From assembly GCA_046758705.1 (NCBI GenBank), contig JBHIAT010000043.1, positions 1 through 22,526 of the forward strand: 22,526 bases of DNA, given 5' to 3'. Positions 1 to 7,521 of this stretch are shown one piece after another; the first letter of the stretch is position 1; each line of letters begins with the position of its first letter. The translations under genes and the position numbers were made by a program. The DNA is from Candidatus Bipolaricaulia bacterium (GTDB taxonomy: Bacteria; Bipolaricaulota; Bipolaricaulia; JBHIAT01). The notes beneath the pieces are model-generated. The model saw only the letters and a program-made list of their open reading frames with translations, was not told where the DNA came from and searched no databases.

Positions 1-473
1 TTGCCATCAGCGTGGCGAGTCAGCACCAAGTCTTTGATCTTGGCACCGTCAGGCAGGCCACGATGCCAGCGAACCTTGATATCACCAGCATGTTGAATTC
101 TCAGCCGGTGGTTCTGGGTCAGGCTGGTACCATCACCGAAACGGAACTCCAGCGAGCGGAAGCGCGCCAGCGGTTTGAATCGTGGCCGACCCCGCTTGCC
201 CTTGACGAACTCTCGATACACCTTATCCAAACGGCGAAGCACCTGCTGGCAAGCGGAAAAGTTGAGCCGGCCGATCGTGGGATCTTCCCGGCGAATCGAT
301 TTAAGGTCTTGAGCCTGATTCAAATACCCGATGGGCTTTCGGTGGCTCTTCCAACACAGCAGTCGATGCTCCAGAGCAGCGTTGTAGAGCCGTCTACCCG
401 CCTGCAAAAGTTGTTTCAGTTTTCGCTGTTGGGTGTTCGTCGGGTAAAGTCGGTATTGATACGCCCGCTTCAA
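1..473 (-). CDS. tnpB: IS200/IS605-family TnpB RNA-guided endonuclease, N-terminal part (runs off window start; not in ORF track)
   Basis: Manual translation from TTG at 473: MKRAYQYRLYPTNTQQRKLKQLLQAGRRLYNAALEHR...LNFSACQQVLRRLDKVYREF...GRPRFK...GDIKVRWHRGLPDGAKIKDLVLTRHADGK. Typical TnpB N-terminus (YxYRLYP, RxLYNxAL, QQVLRRLDK, PRFK); no stops to the window edge. Confidence 0.93.
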   Translation of the reverse strand, partial: MKRAYQYRLYPTNTQQRKLKQLLQAGRRLYNAALEHRLLCWKSHRKPIGYLNQAQDLKSIRREDPTIGRLNFSACQQVLRRLDKVYREFVKGKRGRPRFKPLARFRSLEFRFGDGTSLTQNHRLRIQHAGDIKVRWHRGLPDGAKIKDLVLTRHADG

Positions 474-479
474 TTGAAC

Positions 480-953
480 TTAAACTCCCTTTTCCTTCTG
501 AGCCTCGTCCCCAATATATCTGTGGATTGTCACAGAAGACAACGACACCTGTCCTACTGTGGCGATGAAGTCAGTCCGGGTCCAAAGCCGACCTTTGATC
601 TGTTTCTCCTTGTCGAGATGAGGGAATCACGGGCGAAGCCTGTGGGCCGTCGATCCCTTAACCGGTTGGGTGAACCAAGCCGGAGCGTATCCAGGTGGGG
701 CGGAAACGAACAGGGGGACGGGACCAGGCATGACTTGCACATCCACAACCACAACCACAACCTCGATTTCGTTCCGGTAAACGATTGTTTGGAATTGGGA
801 AAGCTTCCGCAACGTATCTTTAACTTGAACTTGACCAAGGAGAACTGGCTTGCGATATTTAGATTTAGGTATCCACACCCGAGGATAGTTGATATGGTTG
901 ATAGGGTAGACTACATAGCGAGTCTTGTTGACCTTGATGAGGTAAGCAGACAC
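480..953 (-). pseudogene. tnpA: Degenerate IS200-type Y1 HUH transposase TnpA
   Basis: Translation ...KTRYVVYPINHINYPRVWIPKSKYRKPVLLG...VMPGPVPLFVSAPPGYAPAWFTQPVKGSTAHRLRP*FPHL...GRLWTRTDFIATVGQVS...TIHRYI. Matches the TnpA pattern (VWIPKYRK, MPDHVHLFVSAPP, KG, FPHL, LW, RYI), but HVH is changed to PVP, there is an in-frame TGA at 627-629, and several small insertions. Confidence 0.88.
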
Positions 954-988
954 AATCGGGGAGGTGAGAACCAAGCGCTGACGCGCTG

Positions 989-1034
989 CGGTCAATTCCC
1001 CTCGCCCCCTGAACGGGGCGAGTCCCCTTAACCG
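989..1034 (-). repeat. IS200/IS605 left-end subterminal hairpin
   Basis: CTCGCCCC(1001-1008)-CTGAAC-GGGGCGAG(1015-1022) perfect 8-bp stem; outer imperfect arms CGGTCAA(989-995)/TTAACCG(1028-1034); upstream of tnpA. Confidence 0.8.
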
Positions 1035-1040
1035 TTTTCT

Positions 1041-2192
1041 ATGGAGATGCTAACTTCAAGAGAGAGAGTTAACAGAGCTTTGCGGCATGAAGAACCAGAC
1101 CGCCCCCCATTGGATTTAGGCAGTACTGTTAATACCACCATCTCGAAAATTGCTTATGATAAATTGAGAAAGCATCTGGGAGTATCTTTAGATCGCGAGC
1201 CTCAGACGATATCGAAACCCTTCCAGATCGTAGACGTGGATGAGGAAATTCTAGAAAGCCTCCATGTGGATACGAGAGCCGTTTGGGGAAATCCTCCCGA
1301 TGAGGATCGGTCGAGACAGCCTTCCGCGGACATCTATATAGATGAGTGGGGGATAAAATATAGAGCCGCAAAGGTAGGGGATCAGGTGCTTTATTACGAT
1401 GCTATAGAACACCCTTTGTCGGATATGACTACCGTGCGCGAGATCGAGAAATACCACTGGCCCAACCCCTATGATCCAGGAAGGACCCACGGACTTGGAG
1501 AAATAGCAAAGCACCTAAAAGAGAACACAGATTATGCATTAGTTGGGCACATGGGAGATACCAGCATCTTCGAAACATGCTGGTTCTTGAGAGGGATGGG
1601 ACAATTCTTCAAAGATCTGATTAAGAATAAAAAGATGGCAGAATCACTGCTGAACCAGGTGTACGAAATACAAAGTGCAAAAATGGAGAGATATCTTGAC
1701 GAGGTCGGGAAATATCTGGATGTTGTGGCCATTGGCGACGACGTCGCTGGACAGCTTGGTCCCCTGATCTCTCCCGACCTATATCGTGAAATGGTCAAGC
1801 CTTATCACAGGAGATACTTTGAACTGATCAAGAACAAGACCCGAGCAAAACTTCATCTGCACAGTTGTGGAACTGTTCAGCATTTTCTGGACGATTTTAT
1901 CGAAATCGGAGTCGATATAATCAATCCCGTGCAGGTCACTGCCCAAGGCATGGACCCTAGAATGTTGAAGGAGAGATACGGCAGTCGCATTGTATTTTGG
2001 GGTGGAATTGACTCCCAGTATCTTCTCCCACAGGGAACCCCGAAAGAGGTCGCCCAAGAGGTCAAGAACATGGTCGAAATATTGGGACAGGATGGAGGAT
2101 ATGTGATCGGAGCGGTGCACAATATTCAGCCAGATGTCCCCCCTGAGAATATCGTCGCTTTATTCGATACCGCAGCCGAGATAAGATACTGA
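1041..2192 (+). CDS. Uroporphyrinogen decarboxylase (URO-D)/MtaA-CmuA methyltransferase-like family protein
   Basis: MTSRERV...HEEPDRPP N-terminus, DEWG, LRGM, GDD, HLHSCG (HxC), DIINPVQ, FWGGID, C-terminal GAVHNIQPDVPPENI. Confidence 0.88.
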   Translation: MEMLTSRERVNRALRHEEPDRPPLDLGSTVNTTISKIAYDKLRKHLGVSLDREPQTISKPFQIVDVDEEILESLHVDTRAVWGNPPDEDRSRQPSADIYIDEWGIKYRAAKVGDQVLYYDAIEHPLSDMTTVREIEKYHWPNPYDPGRTHGLGEIAKHLKENTDYALVGHMGDTSIFETCWFLRGMGQFFKDLIKNKKMAESLLNQVYEIQSAKMERYLDEVGKYLDVVAIGDDVAGQLGPLISPDLYREMVKPYHRRYFELIKNKTRAKLHLHSCGTVQHFLDDFIEIGVDIINPVQVTAQGMDPRMLKERYGSRIVFWGGIDSQYLLPQGTPKEVAQEVKNMVEILGQDGGYVIGAVHNIQPDVPPENIVALFDTAAEIRY

Positions 2193-2278
2193 GGAGCACT
2201 TAAGATTTACGATTGAGGTCAATTAGGACATAGCTCTGAGGAGGAGGAAATCCCATGAACCGAACGTCACTCTCTTGG
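2188..2278 (+). repeat. Direct repeat copy 1 (degenerate copy of 2781-2869)
   Basis: ACTGAGGAGCA.TTAAG.TTTA.GATTGAGGTCAATTAGG...CTGAGGAGGAAATCCCATGAACCGAACG shared with 2781-2869. Confidence 0.9.
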
Positions 2279-2316
2279 CGAGATACTCAGGAACCGAACA
2301 CGGAGAGGTAGCGATC

Positions 2317-2688
2317 GTGAGACGCAAGATCATGATGATCGATATTGACGGCGTCGTCTGTGAACACGTGGACAATGAACACCCCGAGAAGATGGCCACA
2401 GCCCAGCCATTTCCTGAAGCAATCGCCAAGATTAACGAGTGGTACAATCAAGGGCATTACATCTGTTTTCTCACCGCACGCACCGATGAACATCGCACCA
2501 TCACCGAAGGCTGGCTCAGGCGTCACAGGGTCAAACATCATCAGATCATCTTCAACAAGCCGCGAGCTGCGCAGGGTGAGGAGTACCACTACATTGACGA
2601 CCGACCCATCCGAGCCACGACGTATAAAGGAAAGTTCACGGACTTCGTCAGGAAGCACAAAGAGATTTTCGTGTTCGAGGACGACTGA
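2317..2688 (+). CDS. Small cap-less HAD-superfamily phosphatase (EcbF/BcbF-like)
   Basis: DIDGV motif I, FLTAR motif II, NKPR, YIDD motif IV. Start moved to GTG 2317 after a GGAGAGG RBS (ORF track start 2275). Confidence 0.85.
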   Translation: MRRKIMMIDIDGVVCEHVDNEHPEKMATAQPFPEAIAKINEWYNQGHYICFLTARTDEHRTITEGWLRRHRVKHHQIIFNKPRAAQGEEYHYIDDRPIRATTYKGKFTDFVRKHKEIFVFEDD

Positions 2689-2780
2689 GAGCTGAGCTGG
2701 AGGCCTGCTCCCCTTTTTGAGTATAGTCTTAAGATACCATCAGGCCACACAAATGAAGTCTTTCTCCGCTTTAAGACCGG

Positions 2781-2869
2781 ACTGAGGAGCATCTTAAGGT
2801 TTATGATTGAGGTCAATTAGGGTATAATTCTGAGGAGGAAATCCCATGAACCGAACGGCGCTTTCTGGG
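2781..2869 (+). repeat. Direct repeat copy 2, containing a putative promoter (TTTATG-17-TATAAT), RBS and start of the HEAT gene
   Basis: TATAAT at 2823-2828 lies 17 bp after TTTATG; GAGGAGG RBS; ATG 2846. Confidence 0.8.
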
Positions 2870-3142
2870 GTGTTCGCAGCGTTCGTCCTTTTAACTGGCG
2901 TTGTCGCGGTCCATGCAGCCCAAGATCAACAGATCAGCCAGCTTATCGAGGCACTACAGGATGCAGAACCCAGCGTACGCTGGCAGGCGGCCATTACGCT
3001 GGGAGAGATCGGCCCGGATGCCCGGGACGCGATTCCCGCCCTGATCGAAGCGTTACGAGACGAGGACAGCCGTGTGCGGCAGGCCGCTGCCGAGGTGCTT
3101 GAAACGATCCAAGAAGAGTTAGTTAACTGTAACGAAACCTGA
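2846..3142 (+). CDS. Small secreted HEAT-repeat (PBS lyase-like) protein
   Basis: Sec signal peptide (MNRTALSGVFAAFVLLTGVVAVHA); repeats LIEALQDAEPSVRWQAAITLGEIG and LIEALRDEDSRVRQAAAEVLETI; strong RBS. Confidence 0.85.
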   Translation: MNRTALSGVFAAFVLLTGVVAVHAAQDQQISQLIEALQDAEPSVRWQAAITLGEIGPDARDAIPALIEALRDEDSRVRQAAAEVLETIQEELVNCNET

Positions 3143-3145
3143 GGG

Positions 3146-3847
3146 TTACATCATGCCGTACTTTTCGAACGCTTCCTTCGCGCTCATCCCGGACTCGAGG
3201 GCACGCTTGACGGTCTTCTCACCACGTACTTTTTCGAGGGCGCGGGCGAAGATCTCCTCCTCGGCTTCGCGAGGCATGACGCAAACACCGTCGATGTCGC
3301 CAAAGACGATATCGCCCGGGTTGACCCGGGTACCCGCAATCTCAATCGGCGTGCGAAAGTCGATGACCTTGCCGCGTGGCGCTTGGTCCTGAGCGTAAGG
3401 TCCATAGGAGAAGGTCGGGAATCCCAGCGCCAGGATCCCCTTAGTATCCCGTGAGTAACCGTCCAGCACCGCACCCACAGCCCCGAGTTTCATCGCCCGC
3501 GTGCTCATCAACTCGCCCCACAGGGCGTAACGGGGAGATGCACCGGTGCATACGTAGACCTCGTTGGGTTTGAGGTCATCCAGGGCCTCGAACATCAGCC
3601 CGAACGGCTTATCCATGATCGGGTTCGGGTGATCACGATCGGACGTGACCGATTCAAAGCAGTCCGCCTCCAGCACCGTCATCGCTCGACCGATCGTGAC
3701 CATACCTGGATCGAGCGGCCGGATGGATGGTGGCAAGAATTGGTGATGAAGCCCGAGCTGATCCATGATGTCACCGACGACAGCAGTGAATAATTCCCGG
3801 CTTGCCAGTGAGAAAAGCTGGTCTTCAGTCGTCCAGAATGTAGCCAT
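3146..3847 (-). CDS. RraA-family / HMG-CHA aldolase-like protein
   Basis: TAVVGDIMD, GRAMTV, ALWGELMS, GAVLDGYSRD, VNPGDIVFGDIDGVCVMP motifs. Confidence 0.9.
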   Translation of the reverse strand: MATFWTTEDQLFSLASRELFTAVVGDIMDQLGLHHQFLPPSIRPLDPGMVTIGRAMTVLEADCFESVTSDRDHPNPIMDKPFGLMFEALDDLKPNEVYVCTGASPRYALWGELMSTRAMKLGAVGAVLDGYSRDTKGILALGFPTFSYGPYAQDQAPRGKVIDFRTPIEIAGTRVNPGDIVFGDIDGVCVMPREAEEEIFARALEKVRGEKTVKRALESGMSAKEAFEKYGMM

Positions 3848-3924
3848 TTCCTGTTATTTTATCATAAATCACGATCATTGTTAAAGTATCACCACTAAGT
3901 TAACAGATCCTGTCCATAGGGGGG

Positions 3925-3954
3925 TTGACAAACGCGGTCTTTCCAGCTTATAAT
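3925..3954 (+). promoter_or_regulatory. Consensus sigma70-type promoter
   Basis: TTGACA (3925-3930) - 18 bp - TATAAT (3949-3954), intergenic, upstream of the ABC operon. Confidence 0.85.
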
Positions 3955-3959
3955 GTGTG

Positions 3960-4250
3960 CACTTAGCTCTGGGGACTATTGGTTGATCATCGGGCAAGTT
4001 CCAGGGGGGGTAATTGCCCATGAGCCACCCTAAATTTTTCCACAGCTATCCTAGCTGTGTCCGATGCTGCCGTTCTACTCATGCTACAGCCCTGTGGCTC
4101 CACTTCCATGCTCTCTCCACTCGTACCATACCGTTGGCTTCCAGAGCTATATTGTTGAAGCTGTAACAAGGGGGTGGTCACCAGAAGTAACCTACAGATA
4201 CCTGGGGGATAGTCAATGATCCCCAAACCCTCAAAGTCTAAGGAGGATAG
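3960..4250 (+). ncRNA. Candidate structured leader RNA / ncRNA of unrecognised family
   Basis: 20-position helix 3964-3983/4130-4149 (4 G-U pairs, 2 mismatches) enclosing stems 3992-3997/4014-4019, 4022-4028/4094-4100 and 4041-4048/4052-4059; begins right after the -10 box. Confidence 0.55.
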
Positions 4251-4252
4251 AG

Positions 4253-5566
4253 ATGTATCAGAAAGGCATATCTCGGCGTAAATTCCTTAAAGGCATGGCT
4301 GGGGGGGCTGCTGCGTTAGCGGCTCTATCCTCTGGGATGCCCGTATGGGCACAAAGGATCGGGTTGCAATTCGTGGTTTGGTCCTACTCGATAGAGACAA
4401 TTCAGGACAATATAGTAAGGTTCCAACAGCGATATCCAGGCCTGACCGTTTCGCTGAGTGACTTTGGATGGACCCAATATCGGCCAACGATGGTGAGCCG
4501 ATTCATGGGTCACACCGCCACAGATGTCCTGTATAACGGTGGAGACTGGTTGCCTGAGTTTGCGTTGGCCGGGTGGGTTGTCCCGTTAGAAAGGTACTTC
4601 CCCCAGGTCTTGGATTATAAAGATGAAATCGCTGGCTATGCGCTCTCCGAAATGACATATAATGGTGAACTCTACGGACTTCCCTACTACGCAGATTTGC
4701 ACACATTCATGTACAACGAACGGATCCTTGAGGAACATGGGTTCACCAAACCGCCCGAGACCTGGGAAGACGTAAGAGACTACTCCCTGAAGCTCAAAGC
4801 GGATGGGATAAAGTACCCAATCATGTACGAAGTAGCGGAGGATCTACCCAACTTTCTCGACACATTCTGGTCCATGGTTTACGGGCGAGGCGAGCGGCCG
4901 TTTGATGGGGATCTCAATCCCGTATTTAACAATCGCAACCACGCTGCCTACAAACAACTCCAATTTTATGCAGACAGCATCAACAAATGGGAGATAGCGA
5001 CCTTTTTGCCCCATGAATCGAAGGTTGCCCCGGCAATGGGCACCGGGCAACACGCGTTCACATTCATGTTCAACTATATGTTGGCCCAGTTGAACAACCC
5101 TGGAGTAAACCCCCTGGCCGGTGAATTTAGATTGGGCCTCATGCCAGGGAAGGCGCATCGCTGTCTCGGATTTGCCAAATTTTACTGCATGACCCAGATG
5201 GCCGCTGCGCGAGGCAAAGAGGTGAGGGACGCAGCCTGGAAATTCATCGAATACTTTGGCGGTAAGACCGATGGCGAGTATAGGGTGGCCAAGCAGTGGG
5301 CGTTGGAGAAAGGGCTGGGTTTTGCTCAGCTTCCCCTTTACGACGACCCGGACGTCCGTGCCGCGTGGAAGTCGTGGATCGATATGAGCGTGTACAAGCA
5401 GCAGGCCGAGTTGGCCTGGGCTCCGGTGAGGACCGAGTGGTATGGAGTTTGGAGCCCATTTATGCGGGCTCAAATGGTGCAAACCCTAGCCGGTGAGATT
5501 TCAGTAGGAAGAGCGCTAAACAACGCGGCACGAAGATGGGACGAGCTTAAGGAGGAATTTTCATAA
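4253..5566 (+). CDS. Carbohydrate-type (CUT1) ABC transporter solute-binding protein, Tat-exported
   Basis: SRRKFLK twin-arginine signal, VWA|Q cleavage site, YNGELYGLPYY, YNERILEEHG..PPETWED, AAWKFIEY; AGGAGG RBS. Confidence 0.92.
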   Translation: MYQKGISRRKFLKGMAGGAAALAALSSGMPVWAQRIGLQFVVWSYSIETIQDNIVRFQQRYPGLTVSLSDFGWTQYRPTMVSRFMGHTATDVLYNGGDWLPEFALAGWVVPLERYFPQVLDYKDEIAGYALSEMTYNGELYGLPYYADLHTFMYNERILEEHGFTKPPETWEDVRDYSLKLKADGIKYPIMYEVAEDLPNFLDTFWSMVYGRGERPFDGDLNPVFNNRNHAAYKQLQFYADSINKWEIATFLPHESKVAPAMGTGQHAFTFMFNYMLAQLNNPGVNPLAGEFRLGLMPGKAHRCLGFAKFYCMTQMAAARGKEVRDAAWKFIEYFGGKTDGEYRVAKQWALEKGLGFAQLPLYDDPDVRAAWKSWIDMSVYKQQAELAWAPVRTEWYGVWSPFMRAQMVQTLAGEISVGRALNNAARRWDELKEEFS

Positions 5567-5591
5567 AGTGGCGAGTTGGCCATTGAGATCG

Positions 5592-5628
5592 AGAGCTGGG
5601 CACCTCTATAAACTGCCCCCTCTTTTTT
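5592..5628 (+). terminator. Possible weak intrinsic terminator or stability hairpin between SBP and permeases
   Basis: AGAG..GGGCA / TGCCC.CTCT imperfect stem followed by a T run. Confidence 0.35.
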
Positions 5629-5658
5629 AACCCGTGAGTGAGATGAAAGTAGGTTAAC

Positions 5659-6552
5659 GTGTTCGCCCAGCTCAGGAGATCCCAACTTGCTTATTGGATG
5701 GTCCTACCGGCGCTGGGTTTGATCATTTTTTTCACGTTATATCCGTTTGGCCACGCCCTCTGGAGTAGCTTTCACCGAATTCATCCGATCTTTCCCCTCA
5801 AATTTGTAGGGTTTAAAAACTACGCTAAAGTGTTTGATAGCTATTACTTTACAAAGTCTTTGGCCAATACCTCAATATTCATTGCTATCACCGTTCCGAT
5901 CATCGTGGTGCTCTCCATTGCGATCGCCCGGTTACTAAACGAGAAATTTTTCGGTCGAGCCATCCTAAGGCCGGTGGTGCTCATACCCTGGGTCATACCC
6001 GGTGCGATTACCGGACTGATCTGGCAATGGGTCTTTAACGGCAGCTATGGTGCGCTGAATGCCGCTCTCTATAAAATGGGACTGATCAGTGAGTATATAC
6101 CCTGGCTGACACAGGCTCAAACCGCCAAAATGGGGGTCATGATCGCTTTCATATGGGCTCAGCTCCCGTTTCCCATCATCCTCATGATGGCGGCCCTGGT
6201 CGCCATATCCCCGGATCTGTATGATGCTGCGAAGGTCGATGGAGCGAACGCATCCCAAAGCTTCAGATTTATTACCTGGCCGCATATCAGAACGATGGCG
6301 GTCATCGTCGTCATATATGAAACCTTAACGGGATTTACCACCTACAACATCCCCTATGCCATGACCGGTGGGGGACCGGGGACGGCAACCACCATGATCA
6401 GTTACTACATATGGTCAGAGTCCTTTATCCAAACGAAATTTGGGCAGGGGGCGGCACTGGCTGCTTTGATCGCGGGGATATCCCTGATCTTTATATTCGC
6501 GGTATTAAAGGCGATCCCCAACCGAATCATGCTTGAAAAGGGTGAAGGATAG
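5659..6552 (+). CDS. ABC sugar permease (MalF/UgpA-like)
   Basis: FVGFKNY, EAA-loop DLYDAAKVDGA..FRFITWP, MTGGGPG; multiple TM helices. Confidence 0.93.
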   Translation: MFAQLRRSQLAYWMVLPALGLIIFFTLYPFGHALWSSFHRIHPIFPLKFVGFKNYAKVFDSYYFTKSLANTSIFIAITVPIIVVLSIAIARLLNEKFFGRAILRPVVLIPWVIPGAITGLIWQWVFNGSYGALNAALYKMGLISEYIPWLTQAQTAKMGVMIAFIWAQLPFPIILMMAALVAISPDLYDAAKVDGANASQSFRFITWPHIRTMAVIVVIYETLTGFTTYNIPYAMTGGGPGTATTMISYYIWSESFIQTKFGQGAALAALIAGISLIFIFAVLKAIPNRIMLEKGEG

Positions 6553-6563
6553 GGGATAGAGAT

Positions 6564-7451
6564 ATGAGACCGAAATGGAAAAGCATTGGGATCTATATCA
6601 GTGCCTTATTGGTTTTTATCTTCGCAATCGGGCCGTTTGTCATGGTCTTGATCGGGAGTATCGCGCCGGAATCGGCTCTCCTGTTTGTGCCTCCAAATTG
6701 GTTCAGTAAAGGATTTACCATCGCCAATTACAAATATATCTTTACCGGTGAAATCCCTCAGGGATACGTAGAACGGGGGGCGTCCAGAAGTATGATATCT
6801 CAGGAAGCTTTACGGATTCCTCGCGCGCTGTTGAACAGTTTTGCCATCGCCGCAGGGACCATGCTCATCAACTTGATCTTTGGCAGCATGGCGGCGTTCG
6901 CTTACGCCCGGTTGAAATTCAAAGGACGGAACACTTCCTTTCTATTTGTCATGCTGAGCCGGCTCATCCCCATTATTGCTCTGGCTCTTCCCTACTATCT
7001 TATCGTTCAAAGACTTGGGCTGCTTGATACATACGGGGCTTTGATCCTCATTCATTCGGTGTTGACGTTACCGTTTACCATTTTGATATTGACCGTTTAC
7101 TTTAGGACCGTCCCTCCAGATCTTGAAGATCAAGCTTTGACCGATGGATGTAGCAAATTCCAGATGTTTGTTAGGGTCATCATCCCCCTGTCATTGCCCA
7201 GTTTGGTGGCAGCCGGTCTGTTTTCCTTTATGCTTTCCTACAGTGAATTCCTGTTCGGTTTGTTGATATCGGGCACCATACACTCCAAACCGATATCCGT
7301 CATTCTGACTTCACTTTCGGCCAATCCAGACGTCTCTATGAGTTTGATGAACTCCAGCATCATTATTGCCATCATCCCGTCCATCATCCTGGCGGTCATT
7401 GTGTGGCGGTTCGTCATTCAAGGGCTCATTTTGGGGGCACTCAAAGGATGA
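6564..7451 (+). CDS. ABC sugar permease (MalG/UgpE-like)
   Basis: LLNSF, AAFAYARLKFKG, YFRTVPPDLEDQALTDGCS (EAA loop), C-terminal GALKG. Confidence 0.93.
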   Translation: MRPKWKSIGIYISALLVFIFAIGPFVMVLIGSIAPESALLFVPPNWFSKGFTIANYKYIFTGEIPQGYVERGASRSMISQEALRIPRALLNSFAIAAGTMLINLIFGSMAAFAYARLKFKGRNTSFLFVMLSRLIPIIALALPYYLIVQRLGLLDTYGALILIHSVLTLPFTILILTVYFRTVPPDLEDQALTDGCSKFQMFVRVIIPLSLPSLVAAGLFSFMLSYSEFLFGLLISGTIHSKPISVILTSLSANPDVSMSLMNSSIIIAIIPSIILAVIVWRFVIQGLILGALKG

Positions 7452-7469
7452 CAGGAAAGTAATGCAGTC

Positions 7470-7490
7470 GAGTTATCGCGTCGATAACTC
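7470..7490. repeat. Perfect 9-bp inverted repeat in the permease-ALDH spacer
   Basis: GAGTTATCG-CGT-CGATAACTC. Confidence 0.6.
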
Positions 7491-7521
7491 CGATGCCAAC
7501 AAAATTCCGGGAGGTCAAATC

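Larger units (their letters stand above)
1..1040 (-). mobile_element. IS200/IS605-family insertion sequence (tnpA-tnpB), left part; predicted left end at 1040
   Basis: Tandem tnpA+tnpB, subterminal hairpin at 1001-1022, and a guide/cleavage tetranucleotide match (GGGA / CCAT) placing the boundary at 1040/1041. Confidence 0.85.

Noticed and set aside
743-762. CCACAA repeats as CRISPR or a contingency locus
   Set aside because: Only three 6-mers inside the tnpA pseudogene; no repeat-spacer array was seen anywhere in the window.
12-1031. 339-aa + strand ORF
   Set aside because: Antisense shadow of tnpB/tnpA; the - strand carries the recognisable motifs.
1041-2192. Calling this gene hemE
   Set aside because: It has the HxC motif and layout of the broader URO-D/methyltransferase-like family and lacks the HemE WxMRQAGR signature.
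3873-3909. TGTTAA-N15-TTAACA inverted repeat as an operator
   Set aside because: Short and AT-rich, and no regulator gene in the window; cannot be distinguished from chance.
3987-4226. 79-aa - strand ORF in the leader region
   Set aside because: No recognisable motif or RBS; the region is better explained by the + strand promoter and RNA structure.
7366-7521. N-terminal extension of the ALDH in the ORF track
   Set aside because: It overlaps the permease; the GGAGGT RBS supports GTG 7522.
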